Shown here: positions 13,455 through 26,560 of the stretch, one piece after another
Layout: every line of letters begins with the position of its first letter
How positions within the stretch are numbered: position 1 is the stretch's first letter
NCBI RefSeq assembly: GCF_020745735.1
Contig: NC_083416.1
Coordinates: forward strand, 61,839,131 to 61,903,130
From: Hemiscyllium ocellatum
Taxonomy: Eukaryota
Direction of reading: 5' to 3'
Length of the DNA: 64,000 nt
The notes under the pieces: generated by a model
Databases searched by the model: none
What the model was told of the DNA's origin: nothing
The model's input: the letters and a program-made list of their open reading frames with translations, nothing else
Position numbers and translations under genes: made by a program

Positions 13455-15241
13455 GAAGAAACTCATGGGTTTTGTTTTAAAATCATAGTGAAGGTAGGAG
13501 GACGCTAATTCAAGATATGATTAAATACTTAACATGGTAACTTTAAAGCTAATCACGATTCTCAGACTCTTGGCTTACTTTTAAACCACAACCAGGAGAT
13601 TGAATCATTCAATTTTACATTTTGTTCCCCTTGTTGCAATTGCATTAAAACTTGCATAAAAGCTGATAATCATGAGGGTTTGAATAAGGAGGGCATTGTA
13701 AGTGTTTGTACCATGATGCATTGAGATTCCAATTGTCTAATTGGTTGGGACACCAGGAAGTCAGATGGAAATGCAATGGCTAGATGTATAACTAAAGCAT
13801 ATCACTTGGGAGAAGTTTTATTTTGAGCCAGTCCAAAGCTATTAAGTAATCAAATAGATGAAGCAATTCTAAAAGTCTGAGATAATAAACCTTGGTTCAT
13901 AGTTCACAAAAAGTAAAAGTACGAAATGAACTTTTCCCCCCTTAAGAAGCTTTACAGTGATGATATTCAGGACAAAGTTGTTTTGGTCCAAGTAAGAAAA
14001 ACAAGTTGGAAAATCTGAGTGAAAATATAAAGATAAGCTTGAAAAGTAGCAAGAAAGAAAAGCTAAAAATTGACAAGTTAAAAATTGCAAATGCTCTTAA
14101 TCTAAAAGGGAAAAGGGTTAGACAATACAGAAAGTAGACAACAAATTAATCAGCATCTGCAGGCAGATATTATGGCAAAATCCTTCTTTGAAACTTTTTT
14201 GTATTTCAGAGTTTGAACAGAAAGTTAACCAACTAGTTAACAAAAAAAATTTCACCTTTACTTCCAAAAACACCACCTGAAACTGATTTCCCCTTTGGCT
14301 GGCAGGGAAACAATTTATTTTTGGAACTAGACCTATGGTTACTAGAACAGCGACATAATACAGGGCTCATGTTTCTGGAAAAGACACTTCAGAGTAAACA
14401 TTTCTCACCACAGTTAAGATGTTCAGTGACTGTTTCTTTTAAAAGCTGTTTTTAAAAATACTTTCCCAGTTTTTAAATAAGATGAGATGGATGTGATTAG
14501 CAAGATAAATACCTCAAGTTATTTAGGAATAATCGAAATTTCCCCACACTGAATTGCATTTTAAACAGGGGACGGTGTCCATTACCCCTTGCATTCCTGT
14601 TACAGTGACAGTGTTGATGGAAGCCAGTGTTCTTTCAATTTAATGATACACCTGCAGCAGCTTGAATTCTGTTCAGCTCCATTGATTCCTTTCAAATTCC
14701 ACACTGCTGTCACCTTGGTGTCCACAGAGAAGGAGGCATGAGGGCCCCTCCAGAACTTTAATAATGCAGTGAAACATTTAACGTGGTAACCTTGAAATTC
14801 TACTTATGGAAATTACTGTCAAACAAGACCTCCCAGATTCGTCTTTTTTTAAAAACAAACACCCAAATAATGGAATGATTCAGTTTGACATTTTTGCAGT
14901 TGCTCTTATGTGGTCTAAAAGCAATGATCACATGTGTCTGTAGAAGGATAACTTGCAAGGAGCTGCAAATGCTTACTATTGAAAAAAAAACACCATGCTT
15001 GCATTCAGATTTATGTATTGCAATTTGTTGACTATATCAAAACAAAAAACGGAGTCAGAATTAAAACATGACAAATCAAAACCAACCAAAGCAGGTATAA
15101 AAATTGTCAGTGAGAAACCAATAAAGACTTATGAAGTCCTAAATAACCAGTGAGAAGCATGTAACTAAACAAAAAGGGGATGCTTTGAGTAAATCACTAA
15201 AGCGGAAGAAAGTGAGGAAGTGCCTACTGTGCCAAGTGAGT

Positions 15242-15559
15242 GGGCGGCACGGTGGCACAGTGGTTAGCACTGCTGCCTCACAGCGCCTGAAGACCCGGGT
15301 TCAATTCCCGACTCAGGCGACTGACTGTGTGGAGTTTGCACGTTCTCCCCGTGTCTGCGTGGGTTTCCTCCGGGTGCTCCGGTTTCCTCCCACAGTCCAA
15401 AGATGTGCGGGTCAGGTGAATTGGCCATGCTAAATTGCCCGTAGTGTTAGGTAAGGGGTAATGTAGGGGTATGGGTGGGTTTCGCTTCGGCGGGTCGGTG
15501 TGGACTTGTTGGGCCGAAGGGCCTGTTTCCACACTGTAAGTCTAAGTCTAAAAAAAAAA
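15242..15559 (+). mobile_element. tRNA-derived SINE (HE1-like), complete
   Basis: A box TGGCACAGTGG 15253-15263, B box GGTTCAATTCC 15298-15308. 3' tail GGGCCGAAGGGCCTGTTTCC resembles the CR1 3' ends in this window. Confidence 0.9.
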
Positions 15560-16558
15560 TACCAATCATCTGTGGTATACAATCTTGATAATTCATCAAC
15601 TGCGCTATGCAAATCTATAAAGTTCCCAATTTTACTTGTGTTCTTGGAAAAAAGTGTCATATGTAGCAGAGGAAATTCTGACAGATGAGAAAAATTGATT
15701 CGGTATCATATTGACAAGCGACTCAAACATATACATTCTCTTTTTGGTTAGAATATTAAAGCGAACAACACAGTAAACAAACGTGCAAGGAAGAAAAACT
15801 GGAAATCTGAAACAAAAACAGAAAGCGCTGAGAAATATTAATGTTTCAAGCATGATATAACTCTTCAGAACTGAAAGAATTTTGAAAATGGTGGCATTTG
15901 GACTTCAGTAAAACTTTGAGCTAGACTGTGCATGAATTTAAGTGATTAAATGAAAATGAAATTTTAATGACTGCAATATGTGACATACTGTTCATTACTA
16001 ATACTTCATGCGAGACTGTACAAAAATGGTTTGCATCCTTAGAAACTAAATGCTGCAGACGACTGTTGTACTGGCCAAGACAGGAAATTTTTTCACCCAC
16101 TCCATACCTGAGGCAGATGAATTGATATTTCCAGAAAGAGCCCTGAGATGTCATTATAAAAAATGATAATGACTCAAGCTCCAGTAAAAATACTGGAATT
16201 TCAACTAGTCAGAAACACCAAGACTCTTAATTGATCATAAGAATTCATTCATCAGTGTAAGAATAACCATTCTATTTTTTAATTTTATTCTTTCGTGGCT
16301 TCAGAGCGTCATTGGCAAGACTAGCATCTGTTGCTGTTGAACTGAATGGTTTGCTTGGCAATTGTTAGTTAACTACGTTGCCAAAAGATCATGTTTCATG
16401 AATGAAGGTTTTATTATGTTTTACAAAAACAGGAAGTTCAATTATGAACAACTGGACAAAGAAATAAAATCAAACAAAACTTTGAAATAACTTTTTAAAG
16501 TTAGAGCTGTCTAATTGGTTGCCAGAACTATGGTTGAGAAATACAACAATTCTAGAGG

Positions 16559-16962
16559 TTGAAGGATTTGAGCTGTAGGGAGAGGTTGAATAGACTAGGG
16601 CTGTTTTCCCTGGAATGTCAGAGGCTGAGGGGTGACCTTGTAGAGGTTTACAAAATCATGAGGGGCATGGATAGGATAAATAGACAACGTCTTTTCCCTG
16701 AATTGGGGGAGTCCAGAACTAGAGGGCATAGAGTTAGGGTGAACGGGGAAAGATATAGAAGAGACCTAAGGGTCAATGTTTTCATGCAGAGGGTGGTATG
16801 TGTATGGAATGAGCTGCTAGAGGAAGAGGTGGAGGCTAGTATATGAATAGGAGGGGTTTGGAGGGATCTGTGTCAGATGGGACTAGATTGGATTGGGATA
16901 TTTGGTCGGCATGGACGAGTTGGACTGAAGGGTTTGTTTCCATGCTGTACATCTGTATGACT
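16559..16962 (+). mobile_element. CR1 LINE 3' end (HER1-like)
   Basis: LSCRERLNRLGLFSLECQRLRGDLVEVYKIMRG...QRVVCVWNEL followed by a CR1 3' UTR. Confidence 0.88.
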
Positions 16963-16976
16963 AATTCAGAGGCAGT

Positions 16977-18925
16977 TTGACCCCACCTCCCACCACCAAA
17001 CCATCATCTCCCAGACCATCCATAACTTCATCACCTCAGGGGATCTCTCATCCACCGCCTCCAACCTCATCGTCCCACAACCCCGCACTGCCCATTTCTA
17101 CCTCCTGCCCAAAATCCACAAACCTGACTGCCCCGGCCGACTCGTTGCCTCAGCCTGCTCCTGCCCCACCAAACTCATCTTTGCATACCTCGACATGGTC
17201 CTGTCTCCCTTAGTTCAAGAACTCCCCACCTATATTTTGGACACCACCCGCGCCCTCCACCTCCTCCATGATTTTAGCTTCCCCGGCCCCCAACACCTTA
17301 TCTTCACCATGGACATCCAATCCCTGTACACCTCCATCCCCCATCACAAAGGCCTCAAAGTCCTCCACTTCTTCCTTTCCCACTGACCCCTCCTTCGACT
17401 GACTGAACTGGTCCTCGCTCTGAACAACTTGTTTCCAATCCTCCCACTTCCTCCAAACCAAAGGAGTAGCCATGGGCACCCGCATGGGCCCCAGCTATGC
17501 CTGCCTCTTCGTAGGATATGTGGAACAGTCCATCTTCCATAACTACACTAGCACCACCCCCCACCTTTTCCTCCACTACATCGATAACTGTATCGGCGCT
17601 GCCTCGTGCTCCCACAAGGAGGTTTAACAGTTCATCCACTTTACTACCACCTTCCACCCCGACCTTAAATTTACCTGGACTGTCTCAGACTTCTCCTTCC
17701 CCTTCCTAGACCTCTCCATTTCTATCTCAGGCAACCGAGTCAACACGGACATTCACTATAAACTGACCGACTCCCACAGCTACCTAGATTACACCTCCTC
17801 CCACCCTGTCTCCTGTAAAAACGCCATCCCATATTCCTAATTCCTTTGCCTCTGCCGCATCTGCTCCCAGGAGGACCAATTCCAATACCGAACAACCCAG
17901 ATGGCCTCCTTCTTCAAAGACCGCAATTTCCCCTCAGATCCTGTGGAGAGCATAGTCAACCACATCTCCTCCACTTCCCGCTCCTCCACCCTTGAATCCC
18001 GCCCCTCCAAATCACCACCAGGACAGAACCCCACTGGTCCTCACCTACCACCCAAGCAACCTTCGTCATTTCCGCCACCTCCAAAACAGACCCCACCACC
18101 AAGGATATATTTCCCTCCCGTCCCATGTCAGCGTTCCAAAAAGACCACTCCCTCCGTGACTCCCTCGTCAGGTCCACCCCCCCCACTCCCGACACCTTCC
18201 CCTGCAACCCCAAGAAATGCAAAACTTGTGGCCACACCTCCCCCCCTCACTTCCAAGGCCCCAAAGGATCCTTCCATATCCGTCACAAATTCACCTGCAC
18301 CTCCACACAGATCATTTACTGCATCCGCTGCACCCGATGTGGCCTCATCTACATTGGAGAGACAGGCCGCCTACTTGCGGAACGTTTCAGAGAACGCCTC
18401 TGGGACACCCGCACCAACCAACCTAACCGCCCTGTGGCGGAACACTAACTCCCCCTCCCACTCCACCAAGGACATGCAGATCCTTGGCCTTCTCCATCGT
18501 CAGACCATGGCAACATGACACCTGGAGGAAGAGCACCTCATCTTCCACCTAGGAACCTACCAACCACAAGGGATAAATGCGGATTTCTCCAGCTTCCTCA
18601 TTTCCCCTCCCTCCACCTATCTCAGTCCCAACCAATCAGACTCAGCACCGCTTTCTTGACCTGCAATCTTCTTCCGGACCTCTCCGCCCCCACCCCCTCT
18701 CCAGCCTATCACCATCACCTTAACCTCCTTCCACCTATTGCATTCCCCACGCCCGTCCCCCAAGTCCCTCTTCCCTACCTTATATCTTATCCTGCTTGGT
18801 ACACCCTCCTCATTCCTGAAGGGTTTATGCCCAAAACGTCGATTTTCCTGCTCCTTGGATGCGCTTTTCCAGCAACACATTTTCAGCTCTGATCTCCAGC
18901 ATCTGCAGTCCTCACTTTCTCCTGA
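16977..18925 (+). mobile_element. Penelope-like element (Neptune type), degenerate RT plus GIY-YIG, 5'-truncated
   Basis: MDIQSLYTSIPH, GVAMGTRMGPSYA, CNPKKCKTC Zn linker, IYCIRCTRCGLIYIGETGR...RFRE. Decayed hammerhead near 18811-18845. Confidence 0.9.
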
Positions 18926-21099
18926 ATGAAGGGTTGTCCACCCATTGTAGAGTGAAATGAGAGGGATTTGCTATAGCTCTTTGTTGGAAGAGTACCAACT
19001 GCAAGTGCCACTGGAGTACATTATCTAAGTGGAATTGGATGACATCCATAAAGGAGGTTTGCAAACCAGACCAACATTTTAATTTTAATTTTATTTGGCC
19101 AGCAGAAATCAGACAGAGGGACAATTAAATCCTCGAGTTTACCTAATCACACTGACCCACCTCGAATCTACTGATCATTCTTGATCCTTTTAACAAGTTG
19201 CATTTAAATATAAATCATTAACAAACTACACAAGCATAGGGAAAGCATATGCTAAGACTGGAGAGGAACTTTCAGGAGAGATGACCAAAAGCTTAAATTG
19301 AAGGAATTAAATTTTGGAAAGCTTTTAAAAAGGAGAGAAAAGTTTACAGAACAAATTCCACAAAGATTTGGAGAGGCTCAACGAAAGATGTACACTTTCA
19401 TGCAGCTTTACCAATGAACATTTCATTATGTGCACATCACATCTTCTTTTTTAATTGAATCTCAATTATCGAATGGACTTAGCATCTTCTTGTTTTGTTC
19501 ATACTAAATTCCCTGAATTAGTGTTTAAGCGATGAATGGTTCAAAGCTTTACAAACAGGCTGTTTATCTACAGTTTCTGAATATCCTTATCAAAGCAAAC
19601 TATTTCGTGCCAAACTACTTTTGTGTTTTACAGATTTGCCCATATCAGTTTACGTTACTACCAAACATCATTAATCGCCTGTCAAGAAATGTGCACAACT
19701 CTTCAAGGTGCCCTCTTCATGTTTTTTCCAGTGTATTTAAAAGAGTCACAGAAATCAGAAATAGGTTGGGACAGGTTTTTCTTTACTGAACTGAAATTTA
19801 CATACAATCCACTCATTTCAAAACTGAAATTGAAGTTTTATATCTAATCTTAAAAAGAAGCCCCACCATTGTTAGAAGCTGTAAAGTTACCATCCCCTTA
19901 GAGAGATTAAATGGTATCAATGTACTCCATCTCCACCCCAGAATATTCAAACAGAAGCTGATGGATTAGGCAGAACAGAACATACCTAAAGTATCAGGTG
20001 CATGTACTGCCCATTCATCTAGGAATCTACCTGACGTACTTGCGAGAAAAGTTTATTCAATAGCCAAAATAGAAATAGTTATGTATAGATGTATAATTAC
20101 ATTGAGAAACTCTGCAAATAAGGTAATGTGTGAAAAATGGCTTTAGATTGGAAGATGTTTCCAAGTTTTCCTTGGGCACTAGTCCAGATGATGAGGGGTG
20201 CAAACATTTGTGCCTTACTCAAATTGGTATAGTTGCTTACAATCTTATATATGAAAATAGGCATGGGATGTAACAGGTCATATGAAAGTTTGCACAAGGT
20301 GAATTGAACCTGAATAAGTTTAGATATCTTACCATTAAAAATTAAACAAAAATTCTGAAATTTGGAATAAAAACCAAGTTAAATGCACGAAGTAGATCAG
20401 ACACTCAAATGAAATATCTCAACATGAATCTGTAATAATGGCAGCTGGTGGTATGAGAATGCTTCAGTGAAGCAAACCTAGTATTATCTCAACCTAGAAT
20501 TAAAACTGAATGACAAGGAATGCAAAGGTTCATAATGCATTGTTATTGTTTGAGATCTTGTGTTCGTAAGCAGAGCAACAACTCATTGCTTTAAGTTTGA
20601 TTTGTATTTCTATATTTTTTGTGTTAAGAGGAGGGAAGACATCGTTTTAGTTTTATTTTTGAGTTTCTATGTTTTGGTGCTGGGAAGTTTCAGGCCTGTT
20701 TACACATGCAATTTGAATGAGTGTTTCTGAGTTACTAGTCCAATTTTTTTTGAAGTTAGAGAAAATAGGCTGGATGTCCAATGATACAGAGAGACAGAGA
20801 CAGAAATATCCAGATTGCCAGTGTGTGCGTGGTACATCAGCATCACAGTGAAGTGGACTGAGATAGCAGTGAGAAAGGCAACAGAGGAAACAAAAACTAG
20901 CAGCAGAGAGCCACTTAACCTATCAGAGAAGAAATACAATATCTCAGGAAAATAGGTACATAATTGGTGGGTATTTTTCCCCACACTTTTTATTGACCAA
21001 GTGGTAAATTTGAAAAGATATTATTACAGCAGACAAATACAGTCAAAGAATTCATTTTTAAAATACTTAACATCCAAGTTAATTAAATAGATTAGAGAT

Positions 21100-22500
21100 G
21101 GCTGGATAGGTTGTAGCTTAATAATCAATAGTGGTCATGGCGAGCTCAAGGAACCTCAGCTTGGAATTAATGGCAGAGCTGCAGGGGACACTCCCTCTAA
21201 GCTACCCGAATGTGTGTGCAAGCAGCCACTCCAATGTTCCATGCATGGCGATCACCAGTTGCAGCACTGATGTCTGGTTCTGGAAGTTGCTGCCACACAG
21301 AGGCCATGGAAACCAAATGCAGCCGGTAAGAAAACTACAGGAAAGCTGGTCGCAGACATTGCAATGCATCAGGCAGAAGGAAGGAGGACCTGGGCACTTT
21401 CAGGAGGCAGTCAGACCCATTTGATGAGTCACATCACATTTGATCCATGGTCAGGGACAGAAGAGTACTACTGCAATACTGGCAGGTATTGGGATTTAGA
21501 ATTTAGCTTTGGAGCATCAGCCAGTGCTCTTCTCCAGCTGGTATTAGGTACCACCCTCCGGGGTGGTTAAGCAAACTGATCAAAGCACCATGTCATAGCA
21601 TACAATTCAAGTGGGAAGAAAAGGGATATGTAGTAGTCATAGGGGCAGACACTGTTTTCAGCAGCAAAGAGTTTTCCAAAGGCTGTGTTGCCTACCTGGT
21701 TCCAAAGTTCAGGACATCTCTTTTGGGCTGGAGATGAACACATAGTGGGAGGGGAAGAATTGTCATTGTGCACATAGATGTCAAAGACAAGGGAGAAAAG
21801 TTATGGCTGATCTGAATCGTCCACTTCACTTTTCTGTCTTTTATCTTGATTTCCTTACTGATTAAAAATCTGCATTTCAGTCTTGAATATATTTAAATGG
21901 TCCAGCTTCAATAATCCTCTACAATAAAAGAATTCCACAAATGTACTACCTCAGTGAATATGTTCCTCCTCACCTGTATTTTAACTGTGTGATCCCTTAT
22001 TCTCAGATTCTAGACTTCTCTCACAAGGGGAGAGTCCTTTTCTATATCTATCCCACCAAGTCCCCTAAGGATCTTGCATATATCAATAACATTACCTCTC
22101 ATTTTTCCAAACTTCAATAAATACAACTTCTCTTCAGAAGACAGTCCCTCCATATCTATACCAGTCTAGTGAATCTTCTCTGGACTGCCTCCAACCCCAG
22201 TATATCTTTCTTCAATAAAGAAGCCTAAAACAGTTCACAGTATTCCAGCTATGGTCTAATTAGTGCCTTCTGTAGATTTAGTAAAGCTAAATGTATAGTC
22301 TCTTTGAAATAAAGACCAATATTCAATTTGCCTTCCATCTGCTAGACTTCCTGGATGCTAGGTTTTGGAGATTCATGGACAAGGACCTGAAAGTCCCTCC
22401 ATTCTGGAGCTTTCTGCAGTTTCTCCTCTATTTAAAGAATATTCAGCTCCTCTACTTTTCTTCACAAACCACTTTATATTCCATCAATTCCACATGTTTC
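21100..22500. mobile_element. Old CR1 remnants (ORF1 esterase-like fragment on +, ~21100-21800; ORF2 3' part on -, ~21870-22500)
   Basis: Degenerate LCCLPGSKVQDIS-like esterase segment, and minus-strand similarity to CR1 ORF2 C-termini. Confidence 0.5.
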
Positions 22501-22856
22501 ACTTTTAATCACAATGCATAAATCACCAACCATTTGGTATTTTACAAGGTTATCAGATAATTTCGCAGCCTGTCCTGAATCCCATTCTTTGACACCATTT
22601 AGTGACTGAGAAACTGCCAGACAGTCCTCTCGATGTTGTGCTTGTGCCATACAGAGATTCACAGTGCACTGTGTGCATGCATTACTGTTCATCCACTCAG
22701 CTACAAGTGGAATGAAGAGGACAAAGAGATCACATCTTCGATGGAGAGATCTGAATCTGCAAAAATATTTAATTTTTTCAAAAAAATCTTTTCTCCCAGT
22801 GGCCTGCTACAAATAAAAAAGCCTGTCCAGGACTGTAGATCTTGCCTCATCGGTAA

Positions 22857-23130
22857 GATTAGATTCCCTACAGTATGGAAACAGGCCCTTAGGCCTGAAG
22901 AAGGGCTTATGCCCGAAACGTTGATTCTCCTGCTCCTCGGATGCTGCCTGGCCTGCTGCGTTTTTCCAAGCACCACATTTTTCAACTCCGGCCCTTGGGG
23001 GGGTGGGGGGGGGGGGGGTGGTGGTGAATATACAAACTCCACACAGACACAGTAACCTAAGACAGGAATGGAATCCAGGTTGCTGGCGCTGTGAGGCAGC
23101 AGTGCTAACCACTGAGCCACCATGCCACCC
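22857..23130 (-). mobile_element. HE1-like SINE interrupted by a hammerhead-bearing Penelope tail fragment (22891-22989, +)
   Basis: SINE head at 23030-23130 and tail at 22857-22890. The insert contains CTGAAGA-AGGGC-TTAT-GCCC-GAAAC-GTT and is flanked by GGCCCTT at 22884-22890 and 22990-22996. Confidence 0.75.
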
Positions 23131-24139
23131 CTTCTAGCTGACCCATAACCCATTCATTAAGCCTTGGCTGAAAGCTTCCCCATCCTCTCCTCTCCCCCAG
23201 CCTTTCCCCACAGCTGTAAACCCATAAACCAGAGTTCCCAGAGAATCCAGACAGGACTCAAACCTCCTCCACCCACTTTTCCACATAGAGCTTCAGCATG
23301 CCTTGGAACAGATCCATCTCTCCTCCATCTGTTTTTCTCTGCGACCTCAGCCTCTTAACTGCATACTGCCTCTGGTACTGACTGCCAAAGACACAGAACT
23401 TGCACAACATATGAGCATTTCTTGAAACACATGGACCTGGTGGAATTCACATAGCAGGATGAATTATACAAACCTTGATGCAATTACAACACACATGCTT
23501 GCAGCCAAACAGGTTTAATTGGACGAGTTTGAGTAAGCCCTTTACAAAGGAATACCTGTTCTTTTGGACACAGGAGATCTCTGCTAATTAAAATACATTA
23601 AAAAAAAACAGCTTTGGAGTTGTTCAACAAAGGACGCATGTTGATCTTTACGTAACACAACCAATTGACAACCAACAACAAAAGAGAGAAGGTTTCCATA
23701 ACTAAGGATTATTTGTGGTACAAAGAACCATTAAAAAGGCAGGGAAGGGTATTGTAAATGGCTGCGTTTTCTGTCACTGCAACTTCAGGACATATCTTTA
23801 GCATGCATGTATGCAGTTGCATTGCCTTTGACATTGCTCCCAATAATGCCACAGGTAGCATTTTGCACCAAAGAACAATATTTTAAATGCATATCAGTCA
23901 CTGCCTCCACCCAGACCCTCGCCACTTCACCTGCCTCTTCACTCACCTTCCACTAGCTCTCCTTCTACTCCATTCTCTTGCTGGCCAAATCCTAACACTC
24001 AAGTCCTTGTCAGCTCCTCTGCTGCCTCATTCACTGCACAGTGATTCAGACAAATGCCTTAAACTATGATTAGGCTATGGAACATAATTCAACAAATAAC
24101 AAGCCTAGAGCAGGTTATCTAGGAGACCATTTGTAACCA

Positions 24140-24830
24140 TACAGCACTCTTCAATCCAATTCATCCAAACTGACCAAACATCCTGCATAAATCTAGTACC
24201 ATTTGTCAGCATTTGAACCATATCCCTGTAAACCCTTCCTATTCATGTACCCATCCAGATGCCTTTTAAATAAATATTCTAATTGTACCATTATCCACCA
24301 CTTCTTCTGGCAGCTCATTCCATATAAACACCACACTCCGCATGAAGAAGTTGCCCTTAGGTTCGGTTTATATCTTTCCCCTCTCACCCTAAACTGATGC
24401 TCTCTAGATTTGGATTCCTCTATCCCGAGGAAATGAACTTGCCTATTTACCTGATCCATGCCCCTCATGATTTTTATAAATCTTTAAAAGGTCACCCCTC
24501 AGCCTCTGACGCTCCAGGAAAAATAGCCCCAGCCTTTTCAGCCTCTCCCTATAGCTCAAAACCTATAGCAACATTTTCATAAACATTTTCTGAACCCTTT
24601 CAAGTTTCACAACACCCTTCAGATGGGAGAGAGACCAGAATTGCACACAATACTCCAAAATGGACCTAACCAATGCCATGTACAGCCACAATATGACTTC
24701 CCAACTCCTATACTCAATACTCTGACCAATAAAGGAAAGCATACCAAAACACCACCTTCACTATCCTGTCTACCTGGGACTCCACTGTCAAGCAACTATG
24801 AACCTGTACTCCCAGGTCTCTATGTTCAGT
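24140..24830 (-). mobile_element. CR1 LINE 3' fragment
   Basis: MRGMDQVNRQ...FKRHLDGYMNRKGLQGYG, collinear with 62095-62700. Confidence 0.85.
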
Positions 24831-24942
24831 AACACCGCATCAAGACATCATTTCAATAAGCTACAATCACACTGCAGCACCCAAGAACCTACAAAAAGCA
24901 GAAGAAAAAACATCAATACAATGTTTTCAAGAAAAACGAGTA

Positions 24943-26140
24943 AAACGTGAGGTCTGCAGATGCTGGAGATCAGAGCTGAAAATGTGTTGCTGGTTAAAGC
25001 ACAGCAGGTCAGGCAGCATCCAAGGAACAGGAAATTCGACGTTTCGGGCCAGAGCCCTTCATCAGGAATGAGGAGAGGGTGCCAGGCAGGCTAAGATAAA
25101 AGGTAGGGAGGAGGGACTTGGGGGAGGGGCGATGGAGATGTGATAGGTGGAAGGAGGTCAAGGTGAGGGTGATAGGCCGGAGTGGGGTGGGGGCGGAGAG
25201 GTCAGGAAGAGGATTGCAGGTTAGGAGGGCGGTGCTGAGTTCAAGGGAATCGACTGAGACAAGGTGGGGGGGGGGGGGGGCGGGGGGGGGGGAAAATGAG
25301 GAAACTGGAGAAATCTGAGTTCATCCCTTGTGGTTGGAGGGTTTCCAGGCAGAAGATGAGGCGCACTTCCTCCAACCGTTGTGTTGTTATGTTCTGGCGA
25401 TGGAGGAGTCCAAGGACCTGCATGTCTTCGGTGGAGTGGGAGGGAGAATTGAAGTGTTGAGCCACGGGGTGGTTGGGTTGGTTGGTCCGGGCGTCCCAGA
25501 GGTGTTCCCTGAAGCGTTCTGCAAGTAGGCGGCCCTTCTCCCCAATATAGAGGAGGCCACATCGGGTGCAGCGGATGCAATAGATGGTGTGTGTGGAGGT
25601 GCAGGTGAATTTGTGGCAGATATGGAAGGATCCCTTGGGGCCTTGGGGAGAAGTAAGGGTGGTGGTGTGGGCGCAAGTTTTGCATTTCCTGCGGTTGCAC
25701 GGGAAGGTGCCGGGAGTGGAGGTTGGGTTGGTGGGGGGTGTGGACCTGACGAGGAAGTCACGAAGGGAGTGGTCTTTGCGGAACGCTGATAGGGGAGGGG
25801 AGGGAAATATATCCCTGGTGGTGGGGTCCGTTTGGAGTTGGCGGAAATGACGGCGGATGATACGCTGTATACGGAGGTTGGTGGGGTGGTAGGTGAGAAC
25901 CAGTGGGGTTCTGTCCTGGTGGCGGTTGGAGGGGCGGGGCTCAAGGGCGGAGGACCGGGAAGTGGAGGAGATGTGGTGGAGGGCATCGTCGATCACGTCT
26001 GGGGGGAATCTGCGGTCCTTGAAGAAGGAGGCCATTTGGGCTGTACGGTATTGGAACTGGTCCTCCTGGGAGCAGATGCAGCGGAGATGAAGGAATTGGG
26101 AATATGGGATGGAGTTTTTACGGGGGGCAGGGTGGGAGGA
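24943..26140 (-). mobile_element. Young Neptune-type Penelope 3' half (GIY-YIG endonuclease plus tail)
   Basis: Open 307-aa frame with SIPYSQFLHLRCICS, CNRRKCKTC, IYCIRCTRCGLLYIGEKGRLLAERFREH and LQPQGMN. Confidence 0.93.
25034..25069 (-). ncRNA. Minimal type-I hammerhead ribozyme motif in the Penelope tail
   Basis: Sense AUUC-CUGAUGA-A-GGGC-UCUG-GCCC-GAAAC-GUC-GAAU: 4-bp stem I, intact CUGAUGA and GAAA core, 4-bp stem II, palindromic ACGU stem III, GUC cleavage triplet. Confidence 0.85.
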
Positions 26141-26550
26141 GAATGAGTGTGTTGTCCCAATCAAAGTGGTGTCCTTCTTTGTCTGTATGTATAGAAACTA
26201 ATGATAGTGGGTCATGTCTTTTGGTGGCCAGTTGGTGTTCATGTATCTTGGTGTCAAGTTTCCTGCTAGTTTGTCCGATGTAGTGTTTTTTTTTTTACAG
26301 TTCTTGCAGGTATCTTGTAAATTCCGTTTAGTTTTGCTGGTATATCTAAGGGATCCTTTAGGTTCATTAGTCGCTGTTTAAATGTGTTGGTAGGTTTGTG
26401 GGCTACCATGATGCCAAGGGGTCTGAGTAGTCTGGAAGTCATTTCTGATATGCCTTTGTAAGGTAATGTGGCTTTAGTTTTTGGTTGCATTGTGACTGCT
26501 TGTTTGGGTTTGTTTCTGAGGAATTAGCGGATTGTGTTTATTGGGTAGTT
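26141..26550 (-). mobile_element. Second Penelope family (Poseidon-like) fragment; its upstream part lies at 24831-24942 on +
   Basis: YPINTIR*FLRNKPKQ...ATLPYKGISEMTSRLLRPLGIMVAHKP...LKDP...GIYKIP on -. The + piece reads ...NVFKKNEY. Confidence 0.75.
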
Positions 26551-26560
26551 GTTTTACTTG

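Noticed and set aside
14500-14900. Possible exon of the leftward gene, or a TEAD-site enhancer
   Set aside because: Minus-strand frames give no recognisable protein, and CATTCC/GGAAT motifs are too short to support a call without conservation data.
15242-15320. tRNA gene
   Set aside because: The A/B boxes belong to a SINE head followed by SINE body and LINE-like tail, with several copies in the window.
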